A DNA stretch of 64,000 nt from Candidatus Brocadiia bacterium (GTDB taxonomy: Bacteria; Planctomycetota; Brocadiia; CAIUPP01), in assembly GCA_052139675.1 (NCBI GenBank), contig JBKQWE010000026.1, positions 2,703 through 66,702 on the forward strand. The letters run 5' to 3'. Of this stretch, positions 8,590 through 17,055 are shown piece after piece. How positions within the stretch are numbered: the stretch's first letter is position 1; the number at the start of each line of letters is the position of its first letter. Under the pieces are notes generated by a model. That model was not told the origin of the DNA, did no database searches, and was given only the letters and a program-made list of their open reading frames with translations. The position numbers were made by a program, and so were the translations under genes.

Positions 8590-9741
8590 CTACTTGCCGG
8601 CCAGCTTCGCCTGGAGCATGAGATAGTAGGACAGGCCCAGCCCGCCCCAGCCATCCGGGTTCGCGCTTGCCTCGAAGTGCTTCTGGATCTCGACGTCGTA
8701 GGGAGCCAGCGCGGACCACAGCCGGTTTGTTTTCTTGGCGGTGGCGATCAGGCGGGCGATGTCGGCCTTGTCGAAGACCAGGCCATGCTCGTAGGCGGCG
8801 ACGATGGCCGTGGTGTCAATCTGGTAATACCCGCCGTTGGGATGGACGCCCACCCAGTGCTTGGTGCTGCCGTCCGGCTTGTAATCCCACGGGCCGGCCG
8901 GCTGATGGTAGTTCCAAATCTCGTAGGTGCCATCGTCCTTGACCGGCATCCGGCTCTTCATCAGCTTGAACCATTTCTCCGCGTGTTCCTTGTATTCCGG
9001 CTTGCCCGTCACGTCCCACATGGCGAGCATCCACATGGCGACCTCGTTGGCCTTGTTGTCGGGGTGCGAGAATCCGTGACCGGGATCGTTCCTGGTGTCA
9101 TAACCGATCCACTTCGTGCGGGTCGGGTCCAAGCCATAGGGCAGGACCACGGAGATCATCCCGCCGTCCTTGGTCTCCCGCCAGCCGCCGCGCGCCGCCC
9201 ACTTGGCGTAGAGCTGCTCGGCGAACTTGAGGTAGCTCTCGCCTTTCGCGCCGTACTTCTCCTTGAGCGCCGGGTTCTTGATCATCTCGCCGGCCATCAG
9301 GACGATCGGGCGGAACACCATCGCGTCGCTGAGCATACTGTCGGCATCGAAGGTCTTATCCAGGTTGTCCACGTCGGTGCCGGCCGCCGCGAATGAGGGC
9401 CAGCCGAAGTAGCCGTCGGGCTCCTTCACGGCCCGCTTGATCAAGTGGTCCGTCCAGTCCACGAGCATGTCCACGTACTTGGTGTTTTTCGTGGCCATGT
9501 AGCCGTAGTACAAACCGTCCACGACGCCCGTCATCTTCCACGCGATGTCCTCGCCCACGGCGCTTTCGCAGACGCGATAGCCTTTGACCTCGCCGGAGAT
9601 ATTCTTGTCCCATCGGGCGAGCCAGTCTTTTTGCTTCGCCTCGTCCATCTTCGTGAGCGTCATGGCCGGAGGCGTGGTCTGCGCCTGGCAGACAGCCGCC
9701 AGCACAAGCCCGGCGACGCACAGCCCAATCGTCTTCTTCAT
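8590..9741 (-). CDS. secreted protein, same family (copy P3; lacks the ~95-aa C-proximal insertion present in P1/P2)
   Basis: ATG at 9741 (MKKTIGLCVAG) preceded by GGAGGAGGAA. Clean in-frame junction KKTNRLWSALAPYD where P1/P2 carry an extra beta-rich segment. Confidence 0.65.
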   Translation of the reverse strand: MKKTIGLCVAGLVLAAVCQAQTTPPAMTLTKMDEAKQKDWLARWDKNISGEVKGYRVCESAVGEDIAWKMTGVVDGLYYGYMATKNTKYVDMLVDWTDHLIKRAVKEPDGYFGWPSFAAAGTDVDNLDKTFDADSMLSDAMVFRPIVLMAGEMIKNPALKEKYGAKGESYLKFAEQLYAKWAARGGWRETKDGGMISVVLPYGLDPTRTKWIGYDTRNDPGHGFSHPDNKANEVAMWMLAMWDVTGKPEYKEHAEKWFKLMKSRMPVKDDGTYEIWNYHQPAGPWDYKPDGSTKHWVGVHPNGGYYQIDTTAIVAAYEHGLVFDKADIARLIATAKKTNRLWSALAPYDVEIQKHFEASANPDGWGGLGLSYYLMLQAKLAGK

Positions 9742-9784
9742 GATTCCTCCTCCTGTGATAGAATGGCCGCTCGCGCGGCGCGTA

Positions 9785-11557
9785 TCAGAGATCGTACCCT
9801 TGAGCCTGCTTCGCGCCCAGAGTATCAACCACCTCGATGCCTTCGACCTTCACGTCCTTTCGCCCGGCCAGGTCAATCCCGCTCTCGCGCACCACTGTCT
9901 CGAAGAGGTGCAGCCGCGGATCGCCGCCGGTCTTCACCGTGATCCGTTTGGCCGCAGCGTCGTACGTGAACTCGCTCCACGGCTTCCCGTCGCGGAGCAG
10001 TTTCTTCGGTTCGGCGGAGAGCGGCGCCCACCACGTCTTGTCCTCGCGCGTCCAGCCGGCGACTTCGTCCGCGCCGCTGATCGTCACCTTCTCATCCTTC
10101 ATCGCGCGGATCGTCACGCCGTCGCTCGCCGGCCGAAGCGTCTCGCGGTACACGCCGTCGCGGAGCAGGATCGTCTCGCCCTGCTGCGCTATCGCGCACG
10201 CCTTGGAGGCCGTCGCCAGCGGCACGCCCGGATAGCCCCACGCGGGCTCATCCGCCGCCGCCGGATGGCGCGGGTCCACGTACCAGACGTTGGGCCATTC
10301 CATGGCCCCGACCGTGATGCCGCCCTTGCCCGCGCCGATGGCCGGGCTGCCCTGGCGCAGGCGGAAATCGCGCTTCTGCGGATCCACGAAGAGCGGGTCC
10401 TTGCCGTTGATGTTCGTCGCGCCGTCCAGCGCCCGGGTCTCATATGTCAGGTTGTACTCGATCAGCGGCTTGGACGGCGTAATCTTCTTATCGGTATCCA
10501 CGACGGCTCGCTCGGCGTCGCAGAGGATATTGTCGCGGATCTGCCCGTTAGTGGATTCCGCGCCGCACAGGCCGATGCACGACCAGCGCACCGTGGAGAT
10601 CGTGCAGTTCTCGATCGTCACGTCGAGCGCCTGCATAATGCACGGGCCCCAGCCTCCGCTCAGGTACTTCGGCGACCCGTTGGTGCAATAGATGTTGTGC
10701 CGGAAGGTCAGGTACCGCACGCTGCCGATGTGCGGAGCGCTTTCCACCATGCAGCCCTGGTGAAAATCGAAGCAGGTGTTGTACTCGAAGAGCAGGTCCT
10801 TCGCGATCTCGCCGTTGTCCGTGAACGTCTGGATGCAATCCACGTGGGCGGGCCCGATTTCACTCTGGCTGCTGCCGTGGTAGTAGTTGTACCGCTCCAC
10901 GCAGCCCTGGCCGAAGAACCGCGTGTAGTCGCAGTCGCCGTACGGCGGATACGTCCAGAGCCGGCACACCTCGTTATTCTCCTCGACCCAGTCGTTCCCG
11001 CCCATCATGAAGCCGAAGTCACTGTGGTAGACTTTGTTATAGGCGATCCGGTTGTGCGACACCGCGGAGAAATCCCGCATGCCGTCGGCGCCGACCTTGC
11101 CTCCGGTCCCACCGACACCGATCCCCATGTCGTGGATATAGTTGTCCAGCACCTCGCAGTAACTCCCGCCCAGCTCCACCGCCACGGCGGATTTCGGGGC
11201 CGTGATCTCGAAGCCGGCCACGCGGACGTAACTGGCCGGCACGTCGAACCCGTTCACAATGGCCGACCGCCGCGGCATGGCCTGGAACGTGATCGGCTTG
11301 CCCTTCGAGCCGCTGGTCTTGAGCTCGACCCGCTCTTCATACCGGCCCGCCATAACAAAGACGGTGTCGCCGGGCTTGACCAGGTCGGCCGCGCGCTGAA
11401 CCGTCTTGAACGGGCTCTCTTCCGCGCCGGAGTTCGTGTCGGCCGCGCCGGGCGCCGCCTGGTCCACCACGTACACGGACGCGCGCGACTCGCGCCCGAG
11501 CAGCGAGATCGCCGACAGCACAACCAGGCAGAACGGGCTCCATAGCGCAACCTTCAT
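9785..11557 (-). CDS. secreted right-handed parallel beta-helix protein (pectate-lyase-fold; two DUF1565-like N-terminal modules)
   Basis: Signal peptide. Duplicated motif YVVDQAAPGAADTNSGAEESPFKTVQRAADLVKPGDTVFVMAGRY and WYVDPRHPAAADEPAWGYPGVPLATASKACAIAQQGETILLRDGVY. Cys- and Asn-rich helix coils. 4-nt overlap with the upstream gene. Confidence 0.6.
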   Translation of the reverse strand: MKVALWSPFCLVVLSAISLLGRESRASVYVVDQAAPGAADTNSGAEESPFKTVQRAADLVKPGDTVFVMAGRYEERVELKTSGSKGKPITFQAMPRRSAIVNGFDVPASYVRVAGFEITAPKSAVAVELGGSYCEVLDNYIHDMGIGVGGTGGKVGADGMRDFSAVSHNRIAYNKVYHSDFGFMMGGNDWVEENNEVCRLWTYPPYGDCDYTRFFGQGCVERYNYYHGSSQSEIGPAHVDCIQTFTDNGEIAKDLLFEYNTCFDFHQGCMVESAPHIGSVRYLTFRHNIYCTNGSPKYLSGGWGPCIMQALDVTIENCTISTVRWSCIGLCGAESTNGQIRDNILCDAERAVVDTDKKITPSKPLIEYNLTYETRALDGATNINGKDPLFVDPQKRDFRLRQGSPAIGAGKGGITVGAMEWPNVWYVDPRHPAAADEPAWGYPGVPLATASKACAIAQQGETILLRDGVYRETLRPASDGVTIRAMKDEKVTISGADEVAGWTREDKTWWAPLSAEPKKLLRDGKPWSEFTYDAAAKRITVKTGGDPRLHLFETVVRESGIDLAGRKDVKVEGIEVVDTLGAKQAQGYDL

Positions 11558-12924
11558 CGCAGTCGCTCCTTAAGGAGATTTTCGCCGGGCGCATCGAAGC
11601 TGATCAGATCGCAGATCGGCGCGGCCTTGCGGTCCAGTCCGGCGGGAGAAGCCTCGATCCACGGGCAGGAGTACAGCTTCCCGTTCGGATGAACGGCGAG
11701 CGTGTGCGCCATCGTGGGATAGCGGCCGTCGGGCAGCCGCACCACGCCATGGTCGGCGTGGCGTCCTGTGCGCAGATGGTACGTCACCAGGTGCACGGCC
11801 TCCTTCACCCGCCGGCCGTCCTCCGCCGTGAAGCCGTAAGTGCTCGTGAGGTAATAGACAGTCTGGCCGTCGAGGCCGAGCCGCAGCGAGAGATAGCCGT
11901 AGCGATATGGTTCGAACTGCCCGCTCTCCCGGAGTTCCTGCGCGCAGATCCGGTCCACCACCGTCAGCCGCGGCGCGGCCGGATCGAAGCGGAAGAGCCA
12001 GGCGGATTTGGGATGGACGCCGTAGAAGACTTTGTCCGCCTCGTGCCAGAACAAGTCGCGCCAGTTGTACCCCTGGTGGCCGGGCTTGTGCGGGTCCCAC
12101 GCGCCGAAGATGTCGCGTTTCATGTGGACGCCCGCCATCGGCGCCACAGTGTCCCGCGCGAAGCTGTATTGCAGGATTTCGCCCTCGGCATTCGTGAAGA
12201 AGACGTCGCCCGTCTCCGGCCAAAGGCCCAGGCTGCGGCACAGGCAGAAGTATTTCTGCCCCTCGCCGACCTCGCCGTCGCCGCAGACCTTGCCCAGGTT
12301 GTGCACCCGGCGCGCGGAGATGTCATAGACCAGGAAGTAACTCTTCGGCCAGGTCAGCCCGTAGATGCGCTTGCGGACGGGATCGAGCTGCATCGAAATG
12401 ATGCCTTCCTGCGCCGCGCCGATCGCCAGGTCCTCGAATCGCCCTGTGGCCAGGTCGTATGAGAGGAAATGCCCGCCGGGGTATGGCTTGTATCCCTCCG
12501 GCACTCCCGCCGGCTGTTCCTTGTCGCCGGAGGACTGGAAGAAGCCGTATTGCGTGCAGAAATACAACTTCCCGTCGCACTCGAAGAACGGGACGTGCGA
12601 CTTGCCCTGCGGAATCGTCTTCCGCCCCGCCTCGCCGGTCACCTCGCCCAGGTCGCCCAGAAGCGTCACCCGATCGGCTGAAGGCTCGTAGCGGTAGACG
12701 CGGCCGTGCGTGTTCAAGTCGTGCGAGCAGAGGGTGTAATACACGTTCCCGTCGCTCGCCGGCGACAGGGAGTAGAAGTTAGAGTCCGACTTCTCGAAGC
12801 CCGACGCATGCAGCCGGGCGGGAATCACGGCGTTCACGGCGCTCTGCATTCTCACAACTTTCTCCAAGCCCGGCGCCCTCCATTCCTTTGCCACGAACCA
12901 GGTCCGACGAAGATCGCATATCAT
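11554..12924 (-). CDS. hypothetical protein, repetitive beta-propeller-like
   Basis: Recurring blade-like segments (GNVYYTLCSH, KLYFCTQYGFF, RIYGLTWPKSYFLVYD, KVFYGVHPKS, TVYYLTSTYGF, KLYSCPW). No clear signal peptide. The start codon is uncertain (internal Met at MQSAVNAV). Confidence 0.45.
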   Translation of the reverse strand: MICDLRRTWFVAKEWRAPGLEKVVRMQSAVNAVIPARLHASGFEKSDSNFYSLSPASDGNVYYTLCSHDLNTHGRVYRYEPSADRVTLLGDLGEVTGEAGRKTIPQGKSHVPFFECDGKLYFCTQYGFFQSSGDKEQPAGVPEGYKPYPGGHFLSYDLATGRFEDLAIGAAQEGIISMQLDPVRKRIYGLTWPKSYFLVYDISARRVHNLGKVCGDGEVGEGQKYFCLCRSLGLWPETGDVFFTNAEGEILQYSFARDTVAPMAGVHMKRDIFGAWDPHKPGHQGYNWRDLFWHEADKVFYGVHPKSAWLFRFDPAAPRLTVVDRICAQELRESGQFEPYRYGYLSLRLGLDGQTVYYLTSTYGFTAEDGRRVKEAVHLVTYHLRTGRHADHGVVRLPDGRYPTMAHTLAVHPNGKLYSCPWIEASPAGLDRKAAPICDLISFDAPGENLLKERLR

Positions 12925-12942
12925 ACAGAATTGCGACGGATA

Positions 12943-14034
12943 TTACACCACGTCCTGGGATCGCAGGGCTTCGAGCATGCTGAATCCCGACCCCGCGAGG
13001 ATGACTCTGCTCATTGTGAAACCCGCTGCGGCGAGGAGGGCGCGATACTCGGCTTCGCTGCGCTCGCGTCCGCCGGTGAGCGCGAGCATTTGCAAGTCCA
13101 CCAGGATTGTGCCGGGATCGTCCGCCGCCCGCGCCGGCAGAATGCGCTCGATAAGGAGCAGGCGGGTGCGCTCTCCGAGGGCTCTGTGACAATTCCTGAG
13201 TATGGCGAGGGCATGCTCGTCGTCCCAGTCGTGGATGATGCTCTTGAGGATAAGAACATCCGCGCCGTCGGGAACGCGGTCAAAGAAATTTCCCTCGACG
13301 AGCCGGCACCGCGCGGCCACGCCCTTTGACTCCAGGCAGGCGCGCGCGCCCGCCATGAGGCACTCGCGCTCGAAAAGAATGCCGGCAGCGGAGGGATACT
13401 TCAAGAGAACGGCGGCCAGCAGCGCTCCATGGCCTCCCCCGATGTCAGCCACGGTGCGAAACGGCGAAAAATCATAGGCGTTCAAAACGCCTTGGGCGAC
13501 CTGTTCCGTGGCCGCGGCAAGGCCGTCGCTAAAAAGGACATCCAGCTCAGGATGCTGCGCGCGGTGTTCCAATTGAGTTGCGCCGAAGACATGGCGGAAC
13601 GCCGGGTCGCCGGTCATCACGCTATGGAGCAGGCCGCCCCACGCGACGGCGTACTCCTCTCCGACCAGGATCGCCAATCCCCGGATTGACCCTGCCCTGT
13701 CGGACCGCAGTCCCGCGCCGAACTCGGTGAGGCAAAAGCGCCCATCGGGCGCCTCCGAGCACACGCCGAGCGTCACCAGGCCTTTCAGCACCCGGTGAAG
13801 CGACGGGGCGTGCGCTCCGGCCATTCGGGCCAACTCGGCGCTGCTCTGGGGACCGCCGGCAAGGGCGTCGGCCAACCCGAGTCTGGCCGCGATGTACAGC
13901 AATGCGGTATTCCGGTAGCCGTTGAGGAGATCGTGGAGCGTGGGCTGGGCAGCGCGCCGTTCGCCCTGTCGCCCGCTGATCGCTGCGGCGGCGGCGCCGA
14001 TGCGTTCCGCCAGTGCGTGAATATAATCGGACAT
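12943..14034 (-). CDS. class I SAM-dependent O-methyltransferase (COMT/plant-OMT-like, with N-terminal dimerisation domain)
   Basis: VADIGGGHG (motif I), DVLILKSIIHDWDD, LLIERILP: an O-methyltransferase family 2 signature. Confidence 0.75.
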   Translation of the reverse strand: MSDYIHALAERIGAAAAAISGRQGERRAAQPTLHDLLNGYRNTALLYIAARLGLADALAGGPQSSAELARMAGAHAPSLHRVLKGLVTLGVCSEAPDGRFCLTEFGAGLRSDRAGSIRGLAILVGEEYAVAWGGLLHSVMTGDPAFRHVFGATQLEHRAQHPELDVLFSDGLAAATEQVAQGVLNAYDFSPFRTVADIGGGHGALLAAVLLKYPSAAGILFERECLMAGARACLESKGVAARCRLVEGNFFDRVPDGADVLILKSIIHDWDDEHALAILRNCHRALGERTRLLLIERILPARAADDPGTILVDLQMLALTGGRERSEAEYRALLAAAGFTMSRVILAGSGFSMLEALRSQDVV

Positions 14035-14061
14035 TGTCGCTCGTCCTGCTTCCTGCGCGAA

Positions 14062-14925
14062 CTAAGGTCTCTCCAGGAGCGACCAGATGCCGTCCGCAAG
14101 GTCGCCCACAGTGCGCGCGGTCGCCTCCGGCGTGCCGGGTCCGGCAGGGGTGACATTGGCGTCCAGAATGACCGCTTGTCCCTGATGCATCGTGTAATCT
14201 ATCTTGCCATAGTCGAGTCGCAGGCTGCGGCGCAAACCGATCACTTCGTCGGGAACCGGGAGGCCCTCGTCAACCGGCACGCATGCCGCCCGTTTCAGGA
14301 ACGGCGTGGAACCCGCCACGCGGACGCTCCGTGCGCGATCGCCCAGGAACAGGTAATGCCGCATGAAATATCGCTCTCCCTCTCGCTCCGGCAGGAATCG
14401 TTCGACGACCAGAGCGCGATTTTTGAAGACGCCCGCAGGGACCTCCGCCAGGTTCTTGTAAACAAAATATTCGCGCAAAACCTTCTGCGTCGCCCATCGT
14501 CCGCCCAGCGCCTGCTGCATGACCGGCTGCACCCTCGACCGGACCCGCGCGAGAAACGGATGCCGGTATCGGAACAGCCAGTCCTCCGGCAACCCGCCGG
14601 AGTTGGCATCGGTTTTTACGATGACCGGCCCGCGGTAGTCGTCGCCGCGCCGCAGCAGGTGCGCGCTGATCCGGCGCTTGGATATGTCCGTTATCCACCG
14701 GTTGGCCGCGTTGGGAAAGGCGCGAATGTACTTGGCATATTTCCGCGGCATGCAGGTCAGGTCTATGTGAGCGAACAGCAGGTCGGCCGCCGAGCGCTCT
14801 CTGAGTCCGTAAACACATGAAGTGCTCAGCCCCTGCCGCGCCCACGCTTCAGCCAGCGCATCTATCAGATAGGTGTGGCTTCTGGCGCGATAACACTCAT
14901 GCATCAGGATGGCAATTTGTTTCAC
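14062..14925 (-). CDS. ATP-grasp-like domain protein
   Basis: GPVIVKTDANSGG, then LVVERFLPE...YFMRHYLF and DYGKIDYTMHQGQAVILDANVTP, resembling ATP-grasp (RimK-like) B/C subdomains. Confidence 0.4.
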   Translation of the reverse strand: MKQIAILMHECYRARSHTYLIDALAEAWARQGLSTSCVYGLRERSAADLLFAHIDLTCMPRKYAKYIRAFPNAANRWITDISKRRISAHLLRRGDDYRGPVIVKTDANSGGLPEDWLFRYRHPFLARVRSRVQPVMQQALGGRWATQKVLREYFVYKNLAEVPAGVFKNRALVVERFLPEREGERYFMRHYLFLGDRARSVRVAGSTPFLKRAACVPVDEGLPVPDEVIGLRRSLRLDYGKIDYTMHQGQAVILDANVTPAGPGTPEATARTVGDLADGIWSLLERP

Positions 14926-14948
14926 GGCCTATCCCCTGGAACCGGCCG

Positions 14949-15809
14949 TCATGCTCCGCCTCGCCTGCGACAACGCTGCAACACGAGGGTGGGACACTGT
15001 TCCCCCAGTTCGTAGGATGGCGTTTTCACGCTGCGGACTTTGAATCCGCCAGGGGCGCCGCAGAACATTTCGCTCACTTGGCCGACCGAAGCGAAACAGT
15101 ACCGCGCCTTCGATCCGCGGTAGGCCTCGATCGCCCGCGCGTGCTCCGGCGTCCATCCGATTCTCGATGCCAGCGCTTCCAGGTCAGGCACAGCCTTGTG
15201 GAACCTCCGCCAGATCGCACCGAGCTCCACTCCTGCCGACGCGCTTTCCAGCAGAGACATGCCCAGCCGCAGCTTAAGGATGTTCAGGCTGGTCACTTTT
15301 CCATCCAGCAGGTCTCCAAGGACCGTCTCGGGCGACTCCCGCTGCGCCGGCGGCACGAAAAGGCGCAGTATGCACAGGCCCTCGTCGGCCAGGAGATTGC
15401 GAAGAATGCAAACCAGCCGCTGTTGATCCTCCGGGTAGGCGATCAGGTGCAGACCGCCGTCGCAAAGGGCGATGTCGCGCGACGCATTCGGCAACGACAG
15501 GGTCAGCCAGTCCGCGCACTGAACGGCTTGCCTGGGTCCAAGCCATTCGCTGTCAATCATCGCCTGCGTCCGATCCACCGCAAGAACGTCCGTCCCCTTC
15601 GGCCAGGGAAGCCGGTACAACTCGGGCGTCACGCCGAGGATCAGCACGCGCGGCGCGCCTCGATGCCGGGCCCATTCCTCCACAGCTTCCCAACAAAAGC
15701 CGAGATCCTCTGCCACAGGTCGCAACGGAGGGCCGACCTGCCGCCGGTGCGGGGCCATCGCGGACCAATTGCCCGTTCTATCGCGCTCAGATTGCATGCA
15801 AAGCCCCAC
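14949..15809 (-). CDS. putative SAM-dependent methyltransferase-like protein
   Basis: RVLILGVTPE...VLAVD and DIALCDGGLHLI resemble methyltransferase motifs I and II. Weak. The start may be the internal Met at MAPHRRQ. Confidence 0.3.
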   Translation of the reverse strand: MGLCMQSERDRTGNWSAMAPHRRQVGPPLRPVAEDLGFCWEAVEEWARHRGAPRVLILGVTPELYRLPWPKGTDVLAVDRTQAMIDSEWLGPRQAVQCADWLTLSLPNASRDIALCDGGLHLIAYPEDQQRLVCILRNLLADEGLCILRLFVPPAQRESPETVLGDLLDGKVTSLNILKLRLGMSLLESASAGVELGAIWRRFHKAVPDLEALASRIGWTPEHARAIEAYRGSKARYCFASVGQVSEMFCGAPGGFKVRSVKTPSYELGEQCPTLVLQRCRRRGGA

Positions 15810-15924
15810 GGCCCGCCATAAACCCCATTCTATGGGCGTTACGCGCCCGTATGCATATCCGGGTTGCCGGCGTCGGGCGGATACTGCAACGCGACTTCGG
15901 CCGGATGATCAACGTCCTGACGGC

Positions 15925-16980
15925 CTATCGGATCGCGACCGCTCTTCCCTTCGCCGCCGAGGCGTATATGGCGTCGGTGATCTGCTGGACGACCAGCGCC
16001 TGCTCGAGCGAGGTCTTCGGCGCGCGCCCCTCGCGGATGGCCGCCGCGAAGTCCTGGACCGGGCTATGGAGAGGATTATCCCACGTTTCCTCGCCCTGCC
16101 AGAGCGTGCGAGTGGAAACGCCCGTCTCCGGAGAAGACTCGTCGGCGAGGATTTTCTTCTCGCGCGCCGGGATCATGTGCAGGCGCAGGGACGCCTTCGA
16201 GCCGACGATGCGCCAGGAGTCCTCGGTCGCCGCCGCGCAGTACTCGCCGCGCTCGAACGAGATCATCTCTCCGCCCTCGCAGCGGATCATGGAGGCGAAA
16301 TACGTCTCCGCGTCGGAGCCGGGCGCCACGTGCGACAGAAGCTCCGGCGCAATCGTCCAGGTCTGCGCGAGGACGATGCTCGGCTTCAGCGTCCATCCGC
16401 ACAGGCCCAGCAGATAGTCCAGGTCGTAGCAGCCCCAGTTCACCAGGATGCCGCCGCCGTTGAGGCTCTTGATCAGCCGCCAGGCCGGCGGCGCGCCCTT
16501 GGGCGTCCCATGGTCCGGTCCGATGCAGCGGCACTGCACCGCGCGGATCGTCCCCAGCGCGCCGGAGGCGATGTACTGCGCGGCCGCCTGGGCCGACGGC
16601 TGGAACCGCATGCGCGACGAGCAGCACCCGGCCACGAGAGCACCCCGCGCGGCGATCAGCTTCCTCACTTCGCGCGAGTTCATCGCCACCGGCTTTTCCG
16701 TCAGCACGTGCTTGCCCCGGGCGAAGGCCTTCAGCGCGAGCTTCATCCGCGGCGCCGCGGGAACCGCCAGCACCACCGCTTCGATGCGTTTGTCCTTCAG
16801 CAGCGCCTTGGCGTTCGTGTAAACCGTCGGCACTCCGAAGGCCGCCGCCGTCTGCCTGGCCGTCTCCTCGCGCACGTCGGCCACCGCGACCACCTCGATC
16901 AGCGGCGAGGCCTTCGCCGCTTTCAGATGATGTTGCGCAATCACGCCGCAGCCGATCACTCCAAGCCGTACGGGATCCAT
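15925..16980 (-). CDS. Gfo/Idh/MocA family NAD(P)-dependent oxidoreductase
   Basis: N-terminal Rossmann fold LGVIGCGVIAQHH, EKP motif (LTEKPVAMN), and the C-terminal alpha/beta domain typical of the family. Confidence 0.85.
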   Translation of the reverse strand: MDPVRLGVIGCGVIAQHHLKAAKASPLIEVVAVADVREETARQTAAAFGVPTVYTNAKALLKDKRIEAVVLAVPAAPRMKLALKAFARGKHVLTEKPVAMNSREVRKLIAARGALVAGCCSSRMRFQPSAQAAAQYIASGALGTIRAVQCRCIGPDHGTPKGAPPAWRLIKSLNGGGILVNWGCYDLDYLLGLCGWTLKPSIVLAQTWTIAPELLSHVAPGSDAETYFASMIRCEGGEMISFERGEYCAAATEDSWRIVGSKASLRLHMIPAREKKILADESSPETGVSTRTLWQGEETWDNPLHSPVQDFAAAIREGRAPKTSLEQALVVQQITDAIYASAAKGRAVAIR

Positions 16981-17055
16981 GATCTCGCCTTTCTATGTGA
17001 ATTTTCCAGGCAGGGGCCGGCGAAGGTCACATTGTGACGATTGAAGCTACCCTCG

